From contig JBAZJY010000001.1 in the NCBI GenBank assembly GCA_041651115.1, positions 69,165 through 133,164 of the forward strand: DNA of 64,000 nt. The letters are read 5' to 3'. This DNA comes from Candidatus Omnitrophota bacterium. GTDB lineage: Bacteria > Omnitrophota > Gorgyraeia > Gygaellales > Profunditerraquicolaceae. The notes under the pieces were generated by a model, which was not told where the DNA came from, ran no database searches, and worked only from the letters and a program-made list of their open reading frames with translations. Position numbers and translations under genes: made by a program. Shown here in pieces: positions 48,482-57,800 of this stretch (its first letter is position 1; the number at the start of each line of letters is the position of its first letter).

Positions 48482-49342
48482 ATGGGTAAGATCGGCATTA
48501 TCGGCGGCAGCGGATTATATAATATTGAAGGTATCAAAAATGTGAAGAAAGTTTCCGTGGTGACGCCTTTTGGCAAGCCATCGGATAAATTTATCACTGG
48601 AAAACTTGAGGGTAGGGAAGTGGTGTTCTTGCCGCGCCACGGGGTTGGCCACCGCATTTCGCCCAGCGAAATAAATTACCGCGCCAATATTTACGCAATG
48701 AAAAAACTCGGCGTGGAAAGGATCGTTTCCGTAACCGCCTGCGGCAGCCTGCGTGAAGATTTTAAGCCGTTGGATTTTGTTATTCCGCATCAATTCGTGG
48801 ATCGCACAAACCAGGCGCGGCCAATGACTTTTTTCGGCTCAGGGATAGTCGCGCATATAAGTTTTGCTGATCCGGTTTGCCCTGGAACCGCAGAAGTAGT
48901 CAGCCGCGCAGCGAAAAGTTCCGGCGTTATCGTGCATGACGGCGCGACTTACATAAATATGGAAGGCCCGGCTTTTTCTACCCGCGCGGAATCGGAATTA
49001 TACCGCAAATGGGGAATGGATATTATCGGCATGACCAATATGTCGGAGGCAAAGCTGGCCCGCGAAGCTGAGATCTGCTATGTGACCCTGGCTGCGATCA
49101 CCGACTACGACTGTTGGTATAAATCAAGGGAATCAGTTACCCTGGAAATGGTCATACAAAATCTTTTTAAGAACGTGGATAACGCGAAGAAAATAATCCG
49201 GGAGTTCGTAAAAAATATGCCGCAGGAAAGAAGCTGCGGTTGTGGCTTTGCCCTGAAGGACGCGATAGTTACTGATCGCAAACTGATCCCGGCGAAAGTC
49301 AAAAAAGACCTGAAGATATTTATCGGAAAATATGGAATATAA
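48482..49342 (+). CDS. mtnP: S-methyl-5'-thioadenosine phosphorylase
   Basis: PNP/MTAP family (IGIIGGSGLY ... LPRHG). ATG 48482 is chosen; the track ORF begins at 48428. Confidence 0.8.
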   Translation: MGKIGIIGGSGLYNIEGIKNVKKVSVVTPFGKPSDKFITGKLEGREVVFLPRHGVGHRISPSEINYRANIYAMKKLGVERIVSVTACGSLREDFKPLDFVIPHQFVDRTNQARPMTFFGSGIVAHISFADPVCPGTAEVVSRAAKSSGVIVHDGATYINMEGPAFSTRAESELYRKWGMDIIGMTNMSEAKLAREAEICYVTLAAITDYDCWYKSRESVTLEMVIQNLFKNVDNAKKIIREFVKNMPQERSCGCGFALKDAIVTDRKLIPAKVKKDLKIFIGKYGI

Positions 49343-52085
49343 AAATACACTAAACTTACCCAAGACCGATTTTCCCATGAAAGCGGACTTGCCTAAGCGC
49401 GAGCCGCTTTTATTGGAGCGTTGGAAAGGCGAAGATATTTATCAGCTGATCGTTAAGAAATCAGAAGGAAGCCCAAGGTACGTCCTGCATGACGGCCCGC
49501 CTTATGCCAACGGCAATATCCATATCGGCCATGCTTTAAATAAAACACTGAAGGATATTGTGGTTAAATATAAGACCATGCGCGGATATTTTTCACCCTA
49601 TGTCCCGGGATGGGATTGCCACGGGCTGCCGATAGAGCACGCGCTTTTTAAAGAGCTGAAGATTAATAAATCCCAGATCTCGCAGGTAGAATTCCGTAAA
49701 AAGGCACACGAGTATGCGATGAAATTTGTGGACACGCAGCGCGAGCAGTTCAAGCGCCTCGGCGTAACAGGGGATTGGCCCAACCCATACCTGACGCTTA
49801 CCCCGGAATATGAAGTAGGCATCCTGAATTCTTTTAAACTGCTGCGCGAAAAAGGCTATATTTACCGCGGCTTAAAACCGGTTAACTGGTGTTTTAGATG
49901 CGAAACCGCGCTGGCGGAAGCGGAAGTTGAATATGAAGACCATAGTTCGCCGTCTATCTTCGTAAGATTCAAGCTGGCAGATGCCGGAAAATTCGGCAAA
50001 GATGCTTACCTGGTAATTTGGACCACTACTCCCTGGACATTGATGGCGAACGTCGCGGTAGCAGTGCATCCTAATTTTACCTATCATTGTATCAAGACCG
50101 ATAAAGGGGATTTGATCGTCGGCGACAAAGACCTGTTCCCTGATCTTTTGTCAAGGCTGGGGATCACTGATCCGGTTGTCACAAGCACAATGCCCGGCAA
50201 AGAGCTTGAAGGATTGACGTATCAGCATCCTTTTTTAGAGAGAAAAGGCAAAGTAGTGCTGGCGGATTATGTAGCTGCCGGAGACGGGACCGGACTCGTG
50301 CATACTGCGCCGGGCCACGGAAACGAAGATTATGTCACCGGTGTAAAATATAAATTGGAAACCGTAATGCCGGTGGATGCGCGCGGCCGTTACGATGAAA
50401 GCGTGCCCGAACAATTCCGTAAAATGAACGTGCTTGAGGCGAATAAGGCGATCCTGGAAATGATGCAGGAAAGCAAAGCGCTTTTGTGGGCAGGGCAATT
50501 ACAGCACTCTTACCCGCATTGCTGGAGATGCAAGAATCCGATCATCTTTCGGGCAACCAACCAATGGTTTTTAAACCTTGATCATGAAGATCTACGTAAA
50601 AAGCTGGTGGAGGCAATTGAAAAAGAAGTGGTATGGGTCCCTGCGGCAGGCAAGGAACGCATTAAGGCAATGGTCCAACTGCGGCCTGACTGGTGCCTTT
50701 CCCGTCAGAGATATTGGGGCGTACCTATTCCGGCGCTGATCTGTAAAAAATGCGGGCACGAAGATATTTATCTTTCGGTAGTGGATAAATTTATCGGCGC
50801 AGTTGCCAAAGAAGGCACGGACAGCTGGTTTATCAGGGATGTCAAAGATTTTATTCCCGAAGGATTAAAATGCCCGAAGTGCGGCCATACCGATTTCCAG
50901 CCGGGTTCGGATATTCTTGACGTGTGGTTTGATTCCGGGGTAAGCCACCAGGCAGTATTAAAAAACAGGAAAGAGCTGGGAGGCGTTCCCTGCGATTTGT
51001 ATCTTGAAGGTTCTGACCAGCATCGCGGCTGGTTCCAGGCTTCGCTTATTCCCGGCATATGCATAGAAGGAAAGCCGCCGTTTAAGTCAGTGCTCACGCA
51101 CGGCTTTGTGGTTGATGGCGAAGGCAGAAAAATGTCCAAGTCATTGGGCAATGTGATTGCGCCCGATGAGATCATCAAGAATTATGGGGCAGATATTCTG
51201 AGGCTTTGGGTTGCTTCCAGCGACTACAATGAAGATATAAGAATATCGCCGCTGATCCTTACGCGGCTTGCCGAAGCATACCGTAAGATCAGAAATACGG
51301 CGCGCTTTATCTTAAGCAATTTATATGATTTTGATCCTGATGCGGACAAGGTTGAGCACAAAGACCTGAAAAAAATAGATAAATGGATATTGTCCAGTAT
51401 TAATAGCCGGCTGCTTGAGCCTGCGGAAAAAGCATACGAGGGATTTGAATTTTACAAAGCTTATCAGGCGGTCTATGATTTTTGCAACATAGAGTTATCG
51501 TCGCTGTATCTGGATATGGCAAAGGGCAGGCTCTATACTTACGCGGCGAAATCCGTGGAAAGAAAGGCTGCGCAGACTGCGATGCATGCGGCTCTTAGTG
51601 CTTTGGTAAGGGCAATGGCGCCGATATTGGTATTTACCGCGGAAGAGATCTGGCAGTGTATGCTCAAGGCAAAAGCGGAGCGCGCGATTGCCAGCGTGCA
51701 TCTGGCGGCTTGGCCGGCCGAGGCTGATATCTTACCGGAAGAGGGCTTAAAAGAAATTTTTGCATTGATCCCGGAAGTAACAAAAGTGCTGGAAGAGAAG
51801 CGCAGCGCCGGTTTGATCGGCAGTTCTTTTGACGCGAAAATAAAACTATTGACAAATAATGAAATTCGTTATAATTATTTATCCGCTTTAAGGCAGGATC
51901 TGCCGGAAATCTTTAAAGTTTCGCAGGTTGAGGTTGAAAAGCGTGAGGGGCCGGCCGGCATAGAAGTGAGCAAGGCCGACGGCATTAAGTGCGAGCGCTG
52001 CTGGAATTATTCGCATTCGGTAGGGGCTGATAAGGATCATCCTTTAATCTGCGACAGGTGTTGTCGTGCCATAACAGGAAAGTAA
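49332..52085 (+). CDS. ileS: Isoleucine--tRNA ligase
   Basis: HIGH (HIGHALN) and KMSKS motifs, an editing domain, and C-terminal zinc-finger cysteines (CERCWNY ... CDRCCRA). Confidence 0.95.
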   Translation: MEYKNTLNLPKTDFPMKADLPKREPLLLERWKGEDIYQLIVKKSEGSPRYVLHDGPPYANGNIHIGHALNKTLKDIVVKYKTMRGYFSPYVPGWDCHGLPIEHALFKELKINKSQISQVEFRKKAHEYAMKFVDTQREQFKRLGVTGDWPNPYLTLTPEYEVGILNSFKLLREKGYIYRGLKPVNWCFRCETALAEAEVEYEDHSSPSIFVRFKLADAGKFGKDAYLVIWTTTPWTLMANVAVAVHPNFTYHCIKTDKGDLIVGDKDLFPDLLSRLGITDPVVTSTMPGKELEGLTYQHPFLERKGKVVLADYVAAGDGTGLVHTAPGHGNEDYVTGVKYKLETVMPVDARGRYDESVPEQFRKMNVLEANKAILEMMQESKALLWAGQLQHSYPHCWRCKNPIIFRATNQWFLNLDHEDLRKKLVEAIEKEVVWVPAAGKERIKAMVQLRPDWCLSRQRYWGVPIPALICKKCGHEDIYLSVVDKFIGAVAKEGTDSWFIRDVKDFIPEGLKCPKCGHTDFQPGSDILDVWFDSGVSHQAVLKNRKELGGVPCDLYLEGSDQHRGWFQASLIPGICIEGKPPFKSVLTHGFVVDGEGRKMSKSLGNVIAPDEIIKNYGADILRLWVASSDYNEDIRISPLILTRLAEAYRKIRNTARFILSNLYDFDPDADKVEHKDLKKIDKWILSSINSRLLEPAEKAYEGFEFYKAYQAVYDFCNIELSSLYLDMAKGRLYTYAAKSVERKAAQTAMHAALSALVRAMAPILVFTAEEIWQCMLKAKAERAIASVHLAAWPAEADILPEEGLKEIFALIPEVTKVLEEKRSAGLIGSSFDAKIKLLTNNEIRYNYLSALRQDLPEIFKVSQVEVEKREGPAGIEVSKADGIKCERCWNYSHSVGADKDHPLICDRCCRAITGK

Positions 52086-52147
52086 ATTAGGCCCCGCGTT
52101 TCCTAAGAAATTTAGGTACGGGGGTATATTCAGAAAGGAAGAGCGGG

Positions 52148-52531
52148 GTGAAAAAGAAACTGACGAAAAAAGAGCTGGGTGAATACAAGAAGCTGATATT
52201 AAAGAGAAAAGACGAAATTGTAGAAGACATTCAGCATATCTCCGAAGACACGCTTAAAAAATCGCAGAAAGACGCGTCGGGAGACATTTCCGGCTATACC
52301 TACCACATGGCTGACGTAGCCACCGATACCTATGACCGGGAATTTTCCCTTAGCCTTGCCTCAAGCGGCAGGGAAATGCTTTACGGTCTTGATGATGCAT
52401 TAAAAAGGATAGAAGAAGGCGCGTTCGGAGTTTGCGAAGAGTGCAAGGTGCTGATTGCCAAGTCCCGCTTAAAAGCAGTGCCTTGGGCGCGCTACTGCGT
52501 GAAGTGCCAGCAGAAAAAGGAAAAGAAATAG
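52148..52531 (+). CDS. DksA/TraR-family C4 zinc-finger protein
   Basis: A C-terminal CxxC-N17-CxxC motif (CEECKV ... CVKCQ) after a coiled-coil region. GTG start. Confidence 0.7.
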   Translation: MKKKLTKKELGEYKKLILKRKDEIVEDIQHISEDTLKKSQKDASGDISGYTYHMADVATDTYDREFSLSLASSGREMLYGLDDALKRIEEGAFGVCEECKVLIAKSRLKAVPWARYCVKCQQKKEKK

Positions 52532-52535
52532 CCTT

Positions 52536-52979
52536 TTGATGATCGTTATCATCGTTTTCACGGTCCTCGCTCTAGACCAGTTCAGCAAATACCTGATCAC
52601 AAATAATCTTTCCCTGCACCAGTCTGTGCCGGTCATAAACGGCATATTCCATATAACGCTTGTTCATAACCGCGGCGCGGCTTTTGGGCTGCTCAAGGGC
52701 CAGCTTTATTTATTTATGCTTGCCTCTCTTGGTGCTATAATACTTATCGGCTTGCATCTTAAGCAGCAGCGGGGCAAAAGGCTTGATCTTTACACTTTTT
52801 CTTTGACGCTTATTCTTGCCGGAGCGCTGGGCAATCTCATTGACCGCGCGATGTTCGGCCATGTGATTGATTTTTTGGATTTCCGCGTCTGGCCGGTATT
52901 TAATATTGCCGACAGCGCGATAACCGTTGGAGCAATATTACTGGGGTGGAAGATATGTATCCGGTCATCTGCAAAATAG
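52536..52979 (+). CDS. lspA: Lipoprotein signal peptidase II
   Basis: LspA motifs (NRGAAFGLL ... FNIADSAI) in a membrane protein. Confidence 0.9.
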   Translation: MMIVIIVFTVLALDQFSKYLITNNLSLHQSVPVINGIFHITLVHNRGAAFGLLKGQLYLFMLASLGAIILIGLHLKQQRGKRLDLYTFSLTLILAGALGNLIDRAMFGHVIDFLDFRVWPVFNIADSAITVGAILLGWKICIRSSAK

Positions 52980-53644
52980 GGCCGTTTCAGGTATACTCTT
53001 ACGGCTTGATGCTTGTTTTGGCTTTTATTGCCGCTACGTCGCTTGTGCTGGCAGAAGCAAAACGGCAGAAGCTTGACCATGAAGCGATCTTTAATTTTTT
53101 GTTTACAGCGCTGGTCTGCGGCATAATCGGCAGCCGGCTTTTTTATGTGCTGGAGCACCTTGGTTACTATGTAAAGAATCCGCTGGAGATCATTATGCTG
53201 CAGCAGGGAGGCCTGTCCTGGTTCGGCGGCCTGATGCTGGGCAGCAGCGCGGGAATATGGTATTTAAAGAAGAAGAAGCTCCCGATATACCGGACGCTTG
53301 ATCTGATAGTTCCGTATCTGGCGCTGGCGCAATCTATCGGCAGGATCGGCTGCCTGCTTAACGGCTGTTGTTACGGCAGGACGCCGTTTTTGCCTACGCA
53401 GATGTATGCGTCGCTGGCGCTTCTGGCGATCTACATTATTTTGCGGATGATGCAGGCAAGCCCGAAGCCGCAGGGCACGATATTTTTCTCTTACCTATTG
53501 TTATATTCCATTAAAAGGTTTACCATTGAATTCTGGCGGGAAGATAATCCGGCAGTCTTCTACGGCCTGAGCCTTTTCCAGCTCTTGAGCATCGTCTTAT
53601 TCGTCTTAGCCGCTGCCAAGCTCTGCCTGATCAAGAAAAAATAA
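52946..53644 (+). CDS. lgt: Prolipoprotein diacylglyceryl transferase
   Basis: Lgt family (GPFQVYSYGLMLVLAFIAA ... GRIGCLLNGCCYG). Confidence 0.85.
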   Translation: MEDMYPVICKIGPFQVYSYGLMLVLAFIAATSLVLAEAKRQKLDHEAIFNFLFTALVCGIIGSRLFYVLEHLGYYVKNPLEIIMLQQGGLSWFGGLMLGSSAGIWYLKKKKLPIYRTLDLIVPYLALAQSIGRIGCLLNGCCYGRTPFLPTQMYASLALLAIYIILRMMQASPKPQGTIFFSYLLLYSIKRFTIEFWREDNPAVFYGLSLFQLLSIVLFVLAAAKLCLIKKK

Positions 53645-53698
53645 TAAGTAGGGACAGAGACTACTTTTCTGCAGAAAAGTAGTCTCTGTCCCTACTTA
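53645..53698. repeat. 54-bp perfect palindrome (27-bp arms, no loop) between lgt and rluD
   Basis: TAAGTAGGGACAGAGACTACTTTTCTGC|GCAGAAAAGTAGTCTCTGTCCCTACTTA. It shares TAGGGAC...GTCCCTA termini with the 74-bp element. Confidence 0.8.
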
Positions 53699-53711
53699 TA
53701 CAAGGATATAT

Positions 53712-54620
53712 ATGCAAGAATATACGCTTACCGTATCTGAACAGGATGTCGGCAGCCGCCTGGACATATTTTTATTTGAATTTTCCAAGCGCGACAATAT
53801 CGGCCTGTCCCGCACTTTTATCCAGAAACTGATTGAAAACGGCAATGTCAGCGTTAACGGCGTAGTTGTAAACAAGGCCAAGCATAAAATGAAACTCGCC
53901 GAAGCGGTCCGGGTTTCCTTTGAAGAGCATAAGCAGTCTTCGGCGGCAGCAGAAGACATTCCCCTGGAAATTATTTATGAAGACGATGACCTCGCGGTAA
54001 TAAATAAACCTATCGGGTTAGTTACTCATCCTGCGCCCGGAAATTACGAGCACACGCTGGTCAATGCGCTATTACACCACATCAAGAAACTTTCCGATAT
54101 TAATCCTGAAAGGCCGGGCATAGTTCATCGTTTGGATAAAGATACTTCCGGGCTGCTTGTCATCGCCAAAAATAATGCCAGCCATTTGAATCTCGCCCAG
54201 CAATTTGCCAAGCATGCAATCAAACGCCAGTATGCCGCCGTTGTTTTCGGAAAAATGGAATTTGACGAGAATATTATTGAGATCCCTATCGGAAGGCATC
54301 CGTACAAGCGTAAAAGTATGTCCGTAGGCTTTGGTAAGAGCACAAAATACGCCAAGACCTTATATCGCACAATAAAGCGCGGCAAAGAATTCACGCTGGT
54401 TGAGCTGGAACCGTTTACCGGAAGGACGCATCAGTTAAGGGTGCACCTGGCGTTTATCGGCCATCCGATCATCGGAGATATCAAATACGGCAAGCATACG
54501 GTTTTTAAGCGGCTTGCCCTGCACGCGAAATTACTCGGCTTTACCCATCCCCGCACCGGGAAATATCTGGAATTTTCCTGCCCCGTGCCGAAAGAATTCG
54601 GGGAGATAGTAGGAAAATAA
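53712..54620 (+). CDS. rluD: 23S rRNA pseudouridine synthase, RluA/RluD family
   Basis: An S4-like N-terminus and the catalytic motif HRLDKDTSGLLVIAKN. Confidence 0.85.
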   Translation: MQEYTLTVSEQDVGSRLDIFLFEFSKRDNIGLSRTFIQKLIENGNVSVNGVVVNKAKHKMKLAEAVRVSFEEHKQSSAAAEDIPLEIIYEDDDLAVINKPIGLVTHPAPGNYEHTLVNALLHHIKKLSDINPERPGIVHRLDKDTSGLLVIAKNNASHLNLAQQFAKHAIKRQYAAVVFGKMEFDENIIEIPIGRHPYKRKSMSVGFGKSTKYAKTLYRTIKRGKEFTLVELEPFTGRTHQLRVHLAFIGHPIIGDIKYGKHTVFKRLALHAKLLGFTHPRTGKYLEFSCPVPKEFGEIVGK

Positions 54621-54715
54621 ACCTTGAAAATCGGTAATTTTATGGTATATTTTAAGTAGATTTTTAGGAAAGCGTTTTCGCAGGAGGCGCGAAAGCGCGA
54701 TATACGGTTTGAATA

Positions 54716-54770
54716 AACCGGAATGCCACGGAAAAAGAAAGAGGGTTGGCTTCCGGATTTTTTATTTTTT
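54716..54770 (+). terminator. Candidate rho-independent terminator after rluD
   Basis: An imperfect stem (ACCGGAATGCC ... GGCTTCCGGAT) is followed by TTTTTTATTTTTT. Confidence 0.35.
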
Positions 54771-54812
54771 GATATTTAAAACTTTGATAAACAATTGAAG
54801 AAAGGGATAGCG

Positions 54813-57800
54813 ATGTTAAATAAAATAATATCCTTAGTCTTAAGCTTCGGCTTGCTCTTTCAGCAAATAAGCTTTGCGCAAATCGCCACAGAGTTAAACC
54901 TTTCAAATTACCTCTCTAAGATCAGCAGCAATATAATTCAGGAAAAATTCCGGCCTTTACACCTACGTTATTTCTCTTATGACAGCTTAAATGATAATTT
55001 TAAAATACTTCTTGATAAGGGTAGCGTAAAACAGCTGGATGATGTCAAGGCGCAGGAATCAGCTAAAACGCTATTAAGCTACTTTTTAATAGGGGTAACT
55101 CTTCCTGATGAAGCATTCTGGGTTAACTTAAGGCCTGACACAGAAGACCAGATCATAGACCCGTCTTTGGAGAAAACTGATGTCGGTAAGATTATGCTGG
55201 AAGCAGATCTCCAGCTTAAGAAAGACACTGCGCTTTTTACTTCTCCCAAGACTCCCGAAGGAAAAGAATACTGGAATAAGCTCTATAAGAAAGCGGGAGA
55301 GCTTTGCGGTAATGATAATGTTACCATTCCTACCTTAACCCGGCCCTGGATAGTCCCCGGGGAAATAATTGTCAGGGAAGCGAAAGATTCAGCTTATGTC
55401 TATAAAGCTACATTAAAGGTAATGTTAGAACAGGATTATCTTAAAGATTCCGCTACCTATAGCTTTAAAGATGAACGCTCTAAAGCGTTAAATGAATATT
55501 CTTCGCAGCTAATCCGAGAACTAATTATTCCTAAACTTACCAAAGAAGTAAATTCAAGCAAGAGGTATGCAGCCTTGCGTCAAGTTTACTATTCATTAAT
55601 TCTCTCCCGATGGTTTAAGCTGCGTTTTAGCGGCAAAACCGGCACCTACGCTTCATTGATCAATACTAAAAACCTTACCAACTTAGTTTCTCAAGAGGCT
55701 TGGTCAAAAACCGAATATTTTAAGCAATATAAAAAATCCTTTGCCGAGGGTGAATACAGCATCCAGGAGCCCGTTTATACCCCTACAGGGCAAGTTATCA
55801 GAAGCTACTTTAGCGGCGGCATAAATGTAGCCAGCAGCGCTATTAATACGCAGAATGGTGCTATCTTTTTAAATGATAATGCAAATAAACTGGGCGATGT
55901 CATTGGGGGTAGGGCGGTCCTTGATTTAAAAAGTATAAATCTAAAACCGATTGCCGTAAGCTCACCGATAACTAACCCAGACAAAGTTACAATCGAGTTC
56001 CCTATTGAGGAATGGTCTGCTTACGAAGATCAGTACGGACTTGGCTCTGGTCCAACTATTATTAACGCAGTGCCCTATGCTCTTTTAGAAGAAGTTAAAC
56101 GGAAATTCGGTAAGCAGGTTATTATTGATATATCAATATTTGATCATGAAAGTTCTACGGATGATTACGGAGGTTGGAAGGGATCATATAAAACAAAAAC
56201 AACATTGATTTTCTCCCAGGATATTGCCGATAAAATTAAAGAAGTAGTCAGAAAATATTATCCGAACGAATCTTTTAGTATTAGTTTACCTTTTCATTTA
56301 GATGAGGCTGCCATTTTAAGCTTTAAAACAACAGTCCTCAGTTTAGTAAAAAACAACCAACGAACATCGTTAGACAGCTTAATTGATTCTCTACCTCAAG
56401 GCTCCGCCGTAAGGAATGCTTTATTTAATTTAAAGCACCTCCATGGTAAGCCGACCGATGAAGCTGTTCAGCGAATAATTAAGGAAAATAATCTTAACGA
56501 CGCCGAACAGGCAGCTATTGTTCAGGTGCCTATTGTTTTACTAGCGCAGCCGGAAGTCACAATTGAATTACCTATCGATGAATGGTCTGGTAGTGAGGAT
56601 ATGTACGGGCTTGGTTATTCAACTCAGACGAACCCGATACCAAGAGGTTTTCTGGAGGAAATTAAAAGTAAATTTAGCAAGCAGGTTAGCATTGATCATG
56701 GAATATTTGATAGCGAAAATTCTGAAGATAATGTTGGGGGCTGGAAAGGTTCCTTTAAAACAAAAACAACATTGATTTTCTCCCAGGATATTGCCGATAA
56801 GGTTAAAGAAATATTCAGAAAATATTATCCTAACGAATCTTTTTTCGTTAGTTCGCCAATTAAAGATACTACAGAGGATAGCTCGCCGGTTTCTAAATTT
56901 GTAACTTTACCGGTAAACAAAGACGAGCAAGGTTTGGATTTTAGGGATGTTGAAAAAGCAATTGCGAGCGGAAGAATGGCGATTGCTGAAGTTTCGGTTG
57001 ATTGGGCAGAGAAAATAAAAAAGACTTTTCCTGATGAGGTTTATACTATTTTTATATCTCCTTTGAGCGAAGAACAAATTACAGAGCGTATGCGAAAGAA
57101 GGGTCAAGCGCGAGAGGCGGTTATTTTTGACGAGATGACAGGAAGACAGAGAGAGCGTGCCATAGAAAAACCAACGGATGAAAAGAAACAACTTGCACGC
57201 GCTCAAGCGTCAATTATAGAAATGTCTAGACAGAATGAATATGATATCGTTATTGTCAATAACGTATTAAAAGATTTAGAAAAAGATAATATTCGGTGGG
57301 CAGGTGAAGAGGGGGCTAAGGTAGTCTCGAAGTTTATGGGCGCTGTGGATAATGCCAGGAAGGATGGGAAAAAATTGATTCTGTATTCCGGCCCTTCTGC
57401 CACCGGGAAGAGCCCATTGTGGAACCAAATACAGCAGAGATATGGTGATCAATTTTCGCGTATTGTTCTTCATACAACACGCCCGATGCGAGACGGAGAA
57501 GAGAACGGAGTAGATTTTCATTTTTCTCCGGTTACAAAAGACCAAATTGAAAAAATCGGGATGGATTGGAATGACACTTCCAGTAAGCTTGTTAAAAATG
57601 GCTGGGCCCAGCAAGTAAGTCCAACAGAAGTAATTATGTTGACGAAAATAGAGAAAGAAAAAGATAAGGCGTTGGAAGCTTTTGGTGACAATCTCACGAA
57701 AATCTTACAGGCTCCTGTTGAGCAGTTAAAAGAGCTTGAGAAAAAAATTAATGCTTCTAGTCCTGTGTTAAACAGGGAGGATGATTTATATATTCCAACT

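Noticed and set aside
52086-52147. Possible terminator between ileS and the dksA-like gene (CCCCG...CGGGG and CCTAAGAAATTTAGG nested hairpins)
   Set aside because: The stems are short and interrupted, and no U-tract follows. ileS and lspA are commonly co-transcribed.
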